Below, one piece after another: positions 15,965-24,740 of a stretch of 43,647 nt of DNA (position 1 is the first letter of the stretch; each line of letters begins with the position of its first letter). This stretch comes from a virus. Below the pieces are notes generated by a model, which was given only the letters and a program-made list of their open reading frames with translations, ran no database searches and had not been told where the DNA came from. The translations under genes were made by a program, and so were the position numbers. The stretch lies in the IMG/VR virus record IMGVR_UViG_3300045808_000015; one strand, given 5' to 3'.

Positions 15965-16132
15965 ATGAATCAATATCAAGTTAAATATATTTCTCATAAC
16001 GATCGGATAGCAGTCTGCTATTTACATGCGGACAGTCTTAAAGAGGCGGAAGAATCTGCACGGATACTGCAAGGCTGCAAGCAATTGATTTCTATTCATG
16101 TGTGGCCAAAAGAACAGGAGGACGGCGAATGA
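15965..16132 (+). CDS. Small hypothetical protein (55 aa), below the ORF-track cutoff
   Basis: RBS aggagagg. ATGA overlap with the next gene. Confidence 0.5.
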   Translation: MNQYQVKYISHNDRIAVCYLHADSLKEAEESARILQGCKQLISIHVWPKEQEDGE

Positions 16133-16308
16133 TACCAGATGATAGATTACCGCGGTTCACCGCTTGGAAATTAACCGGACCGACTCCATTAAAAGGACAA
16201 CACTGTGGGTATTGTAGTTCATTAACTGAAAAGCAAAAAAGAAAATTGGATTCGTGTCCAGAATGTGGAAAATCTTTATTTGCTTTTAGAAAAAGAAAGT
16301 TCCAGTAA
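16129..16308 (+). CDS. Small zinc-ribbon protein (59 aa)
   Basis: CGYC ... CPEC. Start at the ATGA overlap. Confidence 0.5.
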   Translation: MIPDDRLPRFTAWKLTGPTPLKGQHCGYCSSLTEKQKRKLDSCPECGKSLFAFRKRKFQ

Positions 16309-16334
16309 CCACGCCAATAAAGGAGGATCTAAAA

Positions 16335-16631
16335 ATGGATATCATGGATCGATATTACGGACTGATCCTCAAAGAACAAGTAAAAATTTTGAAGCAGTAC
16401 GTTAAGAAAAAGAGTCGAGCAGATCAAATTATTCAAGAGTTAGCATTGACTCCTTCGCATACAACACAAAAGTATTGGCAAGCTGTTAGTCAGTCTGAAT
16501 TATGTATTGCTGAGATTGATAAGCTCAAAAGGGAAATGAACTATTTAAATGAAAAATACAACTGGAAAAACTTGTTACATCAAGATCGGTTTAAGTTTAT
16601 TGATGACGATGTATTAAAAGTGATTGATTAG
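16335..16631 (+). CDS. Hypothetical protein
   Basis: RBS aaggagg. Confidence 0.6.
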   Translation: MDIMDRYYGLILKEQVKILKQYVKKKSRADQIIQELALTPSHTTQKYWQAVSQSELCIAEIDKLKREMNYLNEKYNWKNLLHQDRFKFIDDDVLKVID

Positions 16632-16678
16632 AACGTAGCTCGGCTAACTCAGCCTATCAAATAGAAAAGAGGTATGAA

Positions 16679-17209
16679 ATGAATAAACTAGAAAAAGAAG
16701 AACTTATTACTTTTGTTAACAGAGCAAAAGAAGATTTAAATTTTAGTTTTAGCGCATATCATAAAACATGTCCTGGATACGTCCAAGGAAACAAATTAAT
16801 TAATTATATTGAACACCTATACGAGCAGCAGAAAGTCAAAGTGCCAGCATTTGCAGCTAAGTGGATTTCAAAATGTCTGGAATTAAATTGGATCTTGACT
16901 GACTTACTTGCACCAGAAGCTTTTGAATCAAACTTTGCTCGTAATACTGAAGAATGGCTGCGACAAGACAAACAAAATTACGATATTCTAGCTCGCGCAT
17001 GGCTAGACGGCTACGAGGTCGAGGAGGAGCAGAAGTGGGTTGTGTTAGGCAAGCGAGGCTATTTGACTAGTCTTTCCATAGGTAAAGGTAAATCAACCGG
17101 ATGGACAGGAAACGGTGATAAGCACGGATCAGGAGCAATTCATTTTGATGATAAAGAAATGGCTCAATATACCGCATATATCGCTGGCGGCACAGTCGAG
17201 AAAGTGTAG
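16679..17209 (+). CDS. DUF1642-like protein
   Basis: KVKVPAFAAKWISKC resembles the VPxFVADW motif of DUF1642 phage proteins. Confidence 0.5.
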   Translation: MNKLEKEELITFVNRAKEDLNFSFSAYHKTCPGYVQGNKLINYIEHLYEQQKVKVPAFAAKWISKCLELNWILTDLLAPEAFESNFARNTEEWLRQDKQNYDILARAWLDGYEVEEEQKWVVLGKRGYLTSLSIGKGKSTGWTGNGDKHGSGAIHFDDKEMAQYTAYIAGGTVEKV

Positions 17210-17217
17210 GTGTGAAA

Positions 17218-17679
17218 ATGGAAGAACAATATATTGTTTACGACAAAGAGGATGGTCTCATTTGCGCTGCTGACAAAGAAATGGCTGAAAAAGAATATAG
17301 AAAAGCAGTAGATTCAGCTCAGAGTTATTTAAATGGAATGTATCTTGACGGAGATGACATGGGATATCAAACAGTCCTTGCACAAGTAAAACAAGGATAT
17401 CTGCTGCAGATGAATGAAGCTGATAGTGAATGGGAAGAAGTATTTATAAAACCCCTGAAATTCAACGAAAACCAACAGATCGTATTGGAATGGCTGAAGA
17501 AAAAATACAAAACTACTGATATAGAACCAATTGAACTAATCTGGCGGCTTAGAGTTAATTCGAACTCAGATAGATGGAGACTTCAACCTCCATACAAAAA
17601 TTATCGCTATCTGACTGAGGCAGCACAGTTTGAAGTCCTAGCAGCCTTCGCAGAATGGGGGTGCGAATCTAGTGAATGA
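17218..17679 (+). CDS. Hypothetical protein
   Basis: ATG 5 nt after taggtg. Confidence 0.55.
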   Translation: MEEQYIVYDKEDGLICAADKEMAEKEYRKAVDSAQSYLNGMYLDGDDMGYQTVLAQVKQGYLLQMNEADSEWEEVFIKPLKFNENQQIVLEWLKKKYKTTDIEPIELIWRLRVNSNSDRWRLQPPYKNYRYLTEAAQFEVLAAFAEWGCESSE

Positions 17680-18226
17680 AGAATGGAAAACAATTGAGCT
17701 GGAAGGCCATTTATACGAGATATCCAATTTCGGCAGAGTGAGAAGTATCAGTAGATTTATTTACAGAAAAGATGGAATAAAAAGTTGGTACGAAGGTAAA
17801 GAACTTAATATTTTAAAAACTAATCGAGGGTACAAATTTGTAAATATAACAAACAAAAACAAGCATACATGTACTAGATATAAGCTCCACAGATTGGTGG
17901 CTGTTTGCTTTGTTGATGGAAAAACTAAAGAGAAAAAATATGTGAATCATATTGATGGAGATAAAAGTAACAATAATGCGAACAACCTTGAATGGGTAAC
18001 CGATGCGGAAAACAAAAGACATGCAGCAAAAAATAAACTTTATTGCCAGGGATCGCGACACCCAGAAGCTAAATTTACGGAAGAAAAAATCCAAGAAATT
18101 AGAAAACAATACAAAGCTGGAGTGAGTCAAGCAGAATTGAGAAAAATGTACCATGTCGCTAATGCAACTATGTTCAATATAGTCCACAATATTTCTTGGA
18201 AATCGGTGAAAGAGGTGGCGGAATAG
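17672..18226 (+). CDS. HNH homing endonuclease (NUMOD4 + HNH_3 type)
   Basis: EWKTIELEGHLYEISNFGRVRS (NUMOD4) and VNHIDGDKSNNNANNLEWVT (HNH). Confidence 0.85.
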   Translation: MNEEWKTIELEGHLYEISNFGRVRSISRFIYRKDGIKSWYEGKELNILKTNRGYKFVNITNKNKHTCTRYKLHRLVAVCFVDGKTKEKKYVNHIDGDKSNNNANNLEWVTDAENKRHAAKNKLYCQGSRHPEAKFTEEKIQEIRKQYKAGVSQAELRKMYHVANATMFNIVHNISWKSVKEVAE

Positions 18227-18406
18227 ATGTGTAAATATTGCGACGGTTCAATTCATGAAGTAGAAAGCAAAGATTATGTGCACGTTGATACAACAGGAAG
18301 AACTATTCGTATTAAAGCTTACCCGGAAGGATACGAAGACGGCACTTGTATTTATATCAGACGGAAGTTTTGCCATGAATGTGGAAGAAAGTTGGCAGCA
18401 AAATGA
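18227..18406 (+). CDS. Small zinc-ribbon protein (59 aa), below the ORF-track cutoff
   Basis: CKYC ... CHEC. ATG directly follows the upstream stop, and there is an ATGA overlap downstream. Confidence 0.5.
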   Translation: MCKYCDGSIHEVESKDYVHVDTTGRTIRIKAYPEGYEDGTCIYIRRKFCHECGRKLAAK

Positions 18407-18609
18407 AGTTCTCAGATGAGTTAGATAAGCTGTGGACCATCGAAGATATTAATTCTACTGATCCTGAATATCCGGCGTATAAGGACGAGTACACTCAAGG
18501 CTATTTAGATGGAATTGAACAATCAAAGAACTATGTCAGACAGCTTGAAAAGACACATGACGGTGCCCTAGAGACGCTTAAACAGAACATCAAGCGCTTC
18601 TTCTGCTAA
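18403..18609 (+). CDS. Hypothetical protein (68 aa)
   Basis: Start at the ATGA overlap. Confidence 0.5.
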   Translation: MKFSDELDKLWTIEDINSTDPEYPAYKDEYTQGYLDGIEQSKNYVRQLEKTHDGALETLKQNIKRFFC

Positions 18610-18670
18610 CCGACCCAACTGCATAGAAAAAGACAGCCGACCACTGGCTGCCTTGGAAAAAGAAACTTTC

Positions 18671-18700
18671 GCCTAGTTTCCGCTAGGCAGGTTTATTTTA
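18671..18700 (+). terminator. Intrinsic terminator
   Basis: Stem gcctag/ctaggc, followed by aggtttatttt. Confidence 0.5.
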
Positions 18701-18814
18701 GCACAAAAAGACCACCGGGATAAGTCAGTGGTCAGTGAGCTGGACATTGAAAGGATCAATAAAAAAGGAGTACCAGCTCTCACATATTATACAACAAAAA
18801 AGGAGTGGATTAAA

Positions 18815-19237
18815 ATGATACCGAAGTTTAGAGCGTGGGATAAAGAAGATAAACGAATGAGTTATGGTGAGATTGAATATTATGATGATTCATTCGGAGT
18901 TAGATTTGACCATTTCTGCGTAGGTGCAGATTTTGAAGTAGAATTCATGCAATCAACAGGCCTCAAAGACAAGAACGGCGTGGAGATATTCGATGGTGAT
19001 TGCTTTATTAAAAATTTTAGAACTATTGAAATACCTACTGGAAAAGATGGAATTGAAAAAGCTGTCGGAATAGTTAAATTTCATGAAGGAGCGTTTCACG
19101 TTCATATTGTCGGCTGGGGCTATGAGCTGTTATCAAAAGTTGTGAAACCACAAATGTACGGAGCAAATAATGACTATTGGGAGAGTGAAGTAATCGGCAA
19201 CATCTACGAAAATCCAGAGTTGTTGGAGGTGGAATAA
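18815..19237 (+). CDS. YopX-family protein
   Basis: MIPKFRAWDKEDKRM is the typical YopX N-terminus. RBS aaggag. Confidence 0.7.
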   Translation: MIPKFRAWDKEDKRMSYGEIEYYDDSFGVRFDHFCVGADFEVEFMQSTGLKDKNGVEIFDGDCFIKNFRTIEIPTGKDGIEKAVGIVKFHEGAFHVHIVGWGYELLSKVVKPQMYGANNDYWESEVIGNIYENPELLEVE

Positions 19238-19447
19238 GTGGATAAAAAAGAAGGATTTATCATTGATAATGCCCGATTCATCAACAGGCATTGTACGGGA
19301 GAAGATACCTTGTATTTTAGTGTGAATGAGGACGGCATACTTTTTCAAACGACGAGAGAGCCAGAAGATAAACAACATGATATTCCTATGACGAAGGATG
19401 AGTGGGAGTTGCTAAAGCGTCTAATCGATGTTCAGTTAATCCGCTAA
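19238..19447 (+). CDS. Hypothetical protein
   Basis: GTG start after ggaggtgg. Confidence 0.5.
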   Translation: MDKKEGFIIDNARFINRHCTGEDTLYFSVNEDGILFQTTREPEDKQHDIPMTKDEWELLKRLIDVQLIR

Positions 19448-19481
19448 CGTCACCAATAGAGGAAGTTTAGGAGGGGTGTGA

Positions 19482-19706
19482 ATGAGCACGACAGAGGCTG
19501 TTTTTCGAATCATTTTGTTTATCGTTACATGGCGTATAGTCGCTTCTATATTCAAATCGTACAATAAAGCAATTAATGAACTGAATAAACGAATGAAAAC
19601 GTTGGAGACACAAAAAGATCTCTACATTGAATTCATTATGAAATTGAATGAAATTTTGAATAAAAGTGATAGCAAAGATACAGAACAACGGGGGAAGAAT
19701 GATTGA
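19482..19706 (+). CDS. Small membrane/coiled-coil protein
   Basis: RBS aggagggg. N-terminal hydrophobic helix. Confidence 0.55.
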   Translation: MSTTEAVFRIILFIVTWRIVASIFKSYNKAINELNKRMKTLETQKDLYIEFIMKLNEILNKSDSKDTEQRGKND

Positions 19707-20116
19707 GTAGAAATGATTATCTCATAAACGAATTAGACAGGAAGTTTGCGAATTATCCGAATTACAATAGAGAAATCGCGATTCGAAAAGAAGAACTAAA
19801 AATGAAAGAGGCTGATGAGAACATCGGCGGCGGTAAAGGGAACATTCGTAGCAATCCTGTTGAACAGCAAGTAATTAAAGAGTTATCTGATCCGTATATT
19901 GTCAATCGGCAGCTTTGGAAGAAGTGTATCAGGGAGACTTTAGAAAGTCAGAGCGCTGATATTAGAAAACTGATGGAGCTTAAATACTGGGGTGAAGATA
20001 GTTGGATGGATTGGGTAAGTTTTGGTCAAAAACATGGATATGCTCAAAAGACTATTTATCGATTGCGGCAGAAAATTTTACTTGATTTTGGAAGACGAAT
20101 TGGGGAAATCAATTAA
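19703..20116 (+). CDS. rinA: RinA/ArpU-family late-gene transcriptional activator
   Basis: ADENIGGGKGNIRSNPVE matches the RinA-family DENIGGGKSN motif. Position is immediately upstream of the packaging region. Confidence 0.75.
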   Translation: MSRNDYLINELDRKFANYPNYNREIAIRKEELKMKEADENIGGGKGNIRSNPVEQQVIKELSDPYIVNRQLWKKCIRETLESQSADIRKLMELKYWGEDSWMDWVSFGQKHGYAQKTIYRLRQKILLDFGRRIGEIN

Positions 20117-20603
20117 AATGACACAAAAGTGGGTAGTTTTGTCACTGTCAACCCCTATATAATTGTATTATCAGAGAGTTTTAAATAATCCATCAAACAG
20201 ACGACTCAAATTAACTTTATTGGCATGAAGTTTCTTCTTATACCTCTTAACATACAAACGTCTAGCTTGGTGGGTTATTCTCTTTTTGACTACACTGCCA
20301 CTTTGCGGAAACAGAGTAGGCAAACAATTGACGGCATGAAATAATGATTTCTACATTGAGCATGCCGTCTTTATGTCACTGTGGCGGAAGTAGAAGACGT
20401 GTTGCATGCGTGCGAGGTTAATGCTTAGGCAACCATGAGTGGGGCGGTGCCACTCCAGTGACTTAGACGAAAGGTAACTTAAATGTGACCACATCAGTAT
20501 CGTCAGCGAGCTGATAAAGGTAACTAGTAGACTCTAGGATTTAAGATAGTCTTGCCGATTAGTCAATCTCAACAGCAAGCTTGCAGGAGGTAGCTCCTCC
20601 AGT

Positions 20604-20678
20604 TGACGTGTAGCATCATGGTGATGCATCTGACTGTCAGAGTTGGAAATGAGGTCGGTTCGATCCCGGCCACGTCAA
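20604..20678 (+). ncRNA. tRNA-like element lacking a functional anticodon loop
   Basis: Acceptor tgacgtg/cacgtca. D arm gcat-catggtg-atgc. T arm gtcgg-TTCGATC-ccggc. The anticodon position is a 5-bp stem tctga/tcaga with a 3-nt loop. Confidence 0.55.
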
Positions 20679-20917
20679 TAGGGACGAAGGTGCCCAAGAA
20701 ACATCGGGACATAAGCGCCCACAAATAGCAACCGAGCATTCCTATCTGCCAGTCATGGATAAACAGTGGGTTCCATAATGGAGTAGGTTGCTTAATTTAA
20801 TGTCAATACTCTCATTCCTGTTTAGGCAGATGCGTTCTGAGGTGAGAGTTTTAATTATTAATAGAACCCCGTACACCTCTCAACGATGTGTCCCAAGCGG
20901 GGACGATATACATAATC

Positions 20918-20946
20918 AAGATCGCTTAGGCGGTCTTTTTATTTTG
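20918..20946 (+). terminator. Intrinsic terminator at the end of the non-coding region
   Basis: Stem gatcgc/gcggtc (one G-U pair), loop ttag, followed by tttttatttt. Confidence 0.65.
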
Positions 20947-21068
20947 CACACAAAAATAGACCGCTGTTTCCGCAGCGGCCAAATGAAAAACAAATTTTTA
21001 AAAAGGATGATACGTAGAAATTATATCATTGTAACGCTTACAGGACAATGCGGAAAAGGAATATAAAA

Positions 21069-21296
21069 ATGAGAAACTATTGGTATGTGTCACTAAACAA
21101 TAAATATCCTTTGCCAATGAGAGGTCAACATAAACGGGTGGTGATGTCTGTTCAGATGAAGGCGAAGTATTCGATCGTAGAAATGACCAGGGAAGCAACA
21201 CCGGTTGAGGTTGATCAGTGCAAGATGGTCTATTGTGGGTTTGGTTATTGGAAAGAGGAACATGTGCAAGAGAACATAAAGAGGTGGTTAAGATGA
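21069..21296 (+). CDS. Hypothetical protein (75 aa)
   Basis: ORF with a weak RBS. ATGA-coupled to the next gene. Confidence 0.45.
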   Translation: MRNYWYVSLNNKYPLPMRGQHKRVVMSVQMKAKYSIVEMTREATPVEVDQCKMVYCGFGYWKEEHVQENIKRWLR

Positions 21297-21556
21297 CTAT
21301 ATACAAATATCTAGTTGTGGGTGAGACGGTGAAACAAGCTGAGCATTATATCAAAATGTTTGATGAAACCTTCCACGATAAATGCAAGGCAATTTCTATA
21401 ACAGTTATGAAACATACAGAACCAGCTCCAGCAATGCATATTATTTTTACTGAGTCATTTGGCGAGAGAGCGGATATAAAAGATGTCCGGTTTGCTCGAA
21501 ACTATTTTGGTTTATGCCGGCGATTGGCGAATGGTTTCTTAGAGGAATCAACATGA
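21293..21556 (+). CDS. Hypothetical protein (87 aa)
   Basis: RBS aagaggtgg. ATGA overlaps on both sides. Confidence 0.55.
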   Translation: MTIYKYLVVGETVKQAEHYIKMFDETFHDKCKAISITVMKHTEPAPAMHIIFTESFGERADIKDVRFARNYFGLCRRLANGFLEEST

Positions 21557-21744
21557 CATACTTTGAATACTTGCAACAGTGTTTCAACCATGCACGAGAT
21601 AAGTTACCAGACACATACACCGTAGATGATGTTGCTATACATGTATTGAAGACAGAGAGCCATAGTAGCCCTGATGGTAACAGCAAGGAGCAGACGCTCG
21701 CGTGGTTCAAGTTCTTTAAGTGGATTAAGGAGGAAGAGCAATGA
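21553..21744 (+). CDS. Hypothetical protein (63 aa)
   Basis: RBS agagga. ATGA overlaps. Confidence 0.5.
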   Translation: MTYFEYLQQCFNHARDKLPDTYTVDDVAIHVLKTESHSSPDGNSKEQTLAWFKFFKWIKEEEQ

Positions 21745-22277
21745 AGCTAATAGATTATATACATGAAGGATACAGCATAGTAACATCGGAATGCCTAGGA
21801 AGAGCGATTAGACAATCACATCCGGCTACGTTTGTGTTTACAGGCGGAGACTTTGAAAAGATACCACGCGGAAAATTACTGGTTGATAGTTTCTACAGCT
21901 ATCTTCCTGAAATTAGGGACGCTATGGAACTTCAGAAAGCTTATGCAGTGGAACGATTCACTAATGACTTTGTTGGAGCGGAAGCAAGAGTCAAATCAAT
22001 GAAGTTGCTTGAACAAAGCCTTAAGTATCTGAATAACAAAGAAGAACCTAACCTACTAGAAATCAAACTGAAGGATACTGATTCGGTCCCTGAAGTGTAT
22101 TACAAAGGTGAGAGGTTGGATGAGCTGCCTAAAGCTTTGGTAGATATCTCGTATCATTACAGGACGACCGGAGAGTGGCCTGATGATTCAGCCAATGACA
22201 TCAACATCGAATACTACTCAACATCGAATGATAAGTACCTCGATAAGAAGATCATTGGACACAAGCGGGACATGTAG
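21741..22277 (+). CDS. Hypothetical protein (178 aa)
   Basis: RBS aaggagg. Coupled to its neighbours. Confidence 0.6.
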   Translation: MKLIDYIHEGYSIVTSECLGRAIRQSHPATFVFTGGDFEKIPRGKLLVDSFYSYLPEIRDAMELQKAYAVERFTNDFVGAEARVKSMKLLEQSLKYLNNKEEPNLLEIKLKDTDSVPEVYYKGERLDELPKALVDISYHYRTTGEWPDDSANDINIEYYSTSNDKYLDKKIIGHKRDM

Positions 22278-22589
22278 ATGATTGAAGTAACAACTAAAGC
22301 AGATAGAGCTAAGTTCTATTCATCAAGCGAGTGGAAGCAGCTAAGGCAAGAAGTGCTGGAACGTGATCACTACGAGTGTCTATGGTGTAAAGAAGAGGGC
22401 AAGGTTACAACTATTAATGATGCTATCTTGGAAGTGGATCACATTAAAGAACTTGAATATCACCCAGAACTTGCTACTGATATAGATAATCTAAGAACAT
22501 TATGCAAAGAATGCCACAATAAACGGCATAGTCGTATGAATTATCGCGGAGCAGAACGTAAGAAAAAATTTGATGATGAATGGTGGTAG
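22278..22589 (+). CDS. HNH endonuclease (packaging-associated type)
   Basis: CLWC ... EVDHIKELEYHPELATDIDNLRTLCKECHNKRH. Lies immediately upstream of the terminase genes. Confidence 0.85.
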   Translation: MIEVTTKADRAKFYSSSEWKQLRQEVLERDHYECLWCKEEGKVTTINDAILEVDHIKELEYHPELATDIDNLRTLCKECHNKRHSRMNYRGAERKKKFDDEWW

Positions 22590-22718
22590 AAAATCATACC
22601 CCCGGTCGAAATATTTTGGCTAAAAATAAAAATTTTGGAAACCGGTGGATGGGTCAACTCCACAGATCTATTGATGATACGCGTATAACCCCCTCCCCAG
22701 AAGAAAGGAAGTGATTGG

Positions 22719-23078
22719 ATGGCGGATTTAAAAATCAGAAATGAAAAGGTAGCAGCTGAGGAAAAACGATTGAATGACTTATTTTACGATCTTGCAGATG
22801 ACAAGAAAAAAGTCGTATCTGGATTAGTAACTCAAGCAGCTAGATTAAAAATTTTGTTAGATGAAATGTGGATTGATATTTCTGAAAAAGGAGATTATGA
22901 ATTATTCTCACAGTCAGAAAATCAGATTCCTTACGAAAGGGAGCGGCCAGTTGCTAAACAATATAATGCACGAGATCAATCGTATCAGCGGATTGTCAAG
23001 CAGTTAACAGACTATTTGCCAGAAGAAAAACGAGAAGCAGCTACCACTGCAGCTTTGGATGGTAGTGATCTCTTATGA
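22719..23078 (+). CDS. terS: Putative terminase small subunit
   Basis: Position, size, and a 4-nt overlap with terL. RBS aaaggaag. Confidence 0.55.
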   Translation: MADLKIRNEKVAAEEKRLNDLFYDLADDKKKVVSGLVTQAARLKILLDEMWIDISEKGDYELFSQSENQIPYERERPVAKQYNARDQSYQRIVKQLTDYLPEEKREAATTAALDGSDLL

Positions 23079-24718
23079 CGTTGCTTCAACCATATTTTTT
23101 TGACGAATACGTGGACTTGTACGAGCGAGGTGCTATCCCGTTTAACAAGGAACGCATTCAACTAGTCGAGTATTTAAAAAAAGAAGTTCTGGTCCGAGAT
23201 GATTTATATTTCGATAATGAAATGATTCAAAAATTTATTTTATATGCTGAGAAAAATTTTTTTCCTTTAGCAAAGTATCAAAAATTCATGACACCTTTCA
23301 TTTTTCTTTACAAAAAAGAAGATGATGAGGTGTTTTTTAATGAAATTTTGAACTCGATAGCACGCGGTGGTGGTAAAAATGGTTTTATGTCAGCTAGAGA
23401 CTCGTTTTTTATTTCCCCACTTTACGGAGTTCGAAACTACGATGTGACGATTACAGCCAATTCCGAAAAACAAGGGAAAGTGAGTTTTAAAGAAGTTTAC
23501 GAAACCGTTCAAGCAAAACGTTTAGAACAGCAATTTTACCTGACAAAAATGGCAATCACGAACCGAGTTACGAATTCTATCTTTAGTTATCGGACGAATA
23601 ATCCTAAAACCATGGATAGTGCCCGTGATGGATGTCTTGAATTTGATGAAATCCATATGTTTGAAAACTCGGATATTGTTGATATCCAGCGAAGTGGATT
23701 AGGGAAAATCAAACATCCACGCACATTTTACAACGGTACAAACGGGCATGTTCGAGAAGGTTTTTATGACCGAACATTAGAACGAGCACAAAAAATATTT
23801 ACTGGTGAAAACAAGAATGATCGTTTATTCCCGTTTATATGCAAACTGGACACGATCGAAGAAATGGACAAGCCAGAATTGTGGTCGAAAGCGAATCCGA
23901 TGTTTGAAGAAGAATCATCCTACGCAAAACGCCTGTATTCAACGGTTATGGATGAATACTTGAAATTAGAAGAAGAACCCTCTGGTCGCCGTGAATTCGT
24001 TGTAAAACGGATGAATTTTACAGAAGGCGACATGGAAACGGATATAACTACACATGATAAATTAATGGCTACCGATCAACCTATTGGTGATTTGAAAGGA
24101 AAATCATGTGTGGCTGGTTTTGACTATGCCGAAATTCGGGATTTTGCAAGCGTTGGGCTGTTGTTTAAACGTGAAGAGAAGTTTATTTGGATGCAGCATA
24201 GTTTTGCACGGAAAGAGTTCTTAGATACATTCAAAATTAAAGCACCGATAAAAGAATGGACGGAAAAAGGTATATTCACAATTGTGGACGCGCCGTCTAT
24301 TTCTCCCCAACTACTGATTGATTGGTTGAACGAAAAGCGTGAACTGTATCAAATTGAAATGGTGTGCGCGGATGGTTACCGAATGGATTTACTGCAACCG
24401 TTACTTGAAAAAGAAGGGTATAACTATGAATTTATTCGAAATATTCGTGGCGTGCAATCGAAAGTGGCGCCAATTATTGAAGATGGTTTTGCGAACGAAA
24501 AATTTATTTTTGGCGATGATCCATCGATGCGATGGTACACAAATAACAGCTATGCAAAAGTAGATAAATCAGGAAATAAAACATTCTTGAAAAAAGAACC
24601 AGTCCGTAGAAAGACAGATGGTTTTCATGCGTTTTTAGCGGCTTTATATAAACGAGAAGAAATTCAAGATGTTGATTTAGAAGGCTTTTTTGACATGATG
24701 GAAAATTGGGACTTTTAA
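23075..24718 (+). CDS. terL: Terminase large subunit
   Basis: Size, Walker-A-like ARGGGKNG, and position before the portal gene. Confidence 0.9.
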   Translation: MTLLQPYFFDEYVDLYERGAIPFNKERIQLVEYLKKEVLVRDDLYFDNEMIQKFILYAEKNFFPLAKYQKFMTPFIFLYKKEDDEVFFNEILNSIARGGGKNGFMSARDSFFISPLYGVRNYDVTITANSEKQGKVSFKEVYETVQAKRLEQQFYLTKMAITNRVTNSIFSYRTNNPKTMDSARDGCLEFDEIHMFENSDIVDIQRSGLGKIKHPRTFYNGTNGHVREGFYDRTLERAQKIFTGENKNDRLFPFICKLDTIEEMDKPELWSKANPMFEEESSYAKRLYSTVMDEYLKLEEEPSGRREFVVKRMNFTEGDMETDITTHDKLMATDQPIGDLKGKSCVAGFDYAEIRDFASVGLLFKREEKFIWMQHSFARKEFLDTFKIKAPIKEWTEKGIFTIVDAPSISPQLLIDWLNEKRELYQIEMVCADGYRMDLLQPLLEKEGYNYEFIRNIRGVQSKVAPIIEDGFANEKFIFGDDPSMRWYTNNSYAKVDKSGNKTFLKKEPVRRKTDGFHAFLAALYKREEIQDVDLEGFFDMMENWDF

Positions 24719-24740
24719 AGTAGTGAAGGGGGGTGTGTAA

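Larger units (their letters stand above)
20150..20946 (+). ncRNA. Candidate large structured RNA (GOLLD/ROOL-like), boundaries approximate
   Basis: No credible ORF. Core lines hand-count to about 55-58% GC. Many perfect helices, an embedded tRNA-like element, and a terminal intrinsic terminator. Confidence 0.45.

Noticed and set aside
20226-20345. 39-codon ATG ORF (MKFLLIPLNIQ...) inside the non-coding region
   Set aside because: There is no Shine-Dalgarno sequence upstream, and the ORF runs into the 9-bp stem structure. It is probably a chance ORF.
20788-21306. ORFs 20788..21066 (+) and 20998..21306 (-)
   Set aside because: Neither has an RBS. The first spans hairpins and an intrinsic terminator inside the structured non-coding region. 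The second is antisense to the coupled + strand ORFs.
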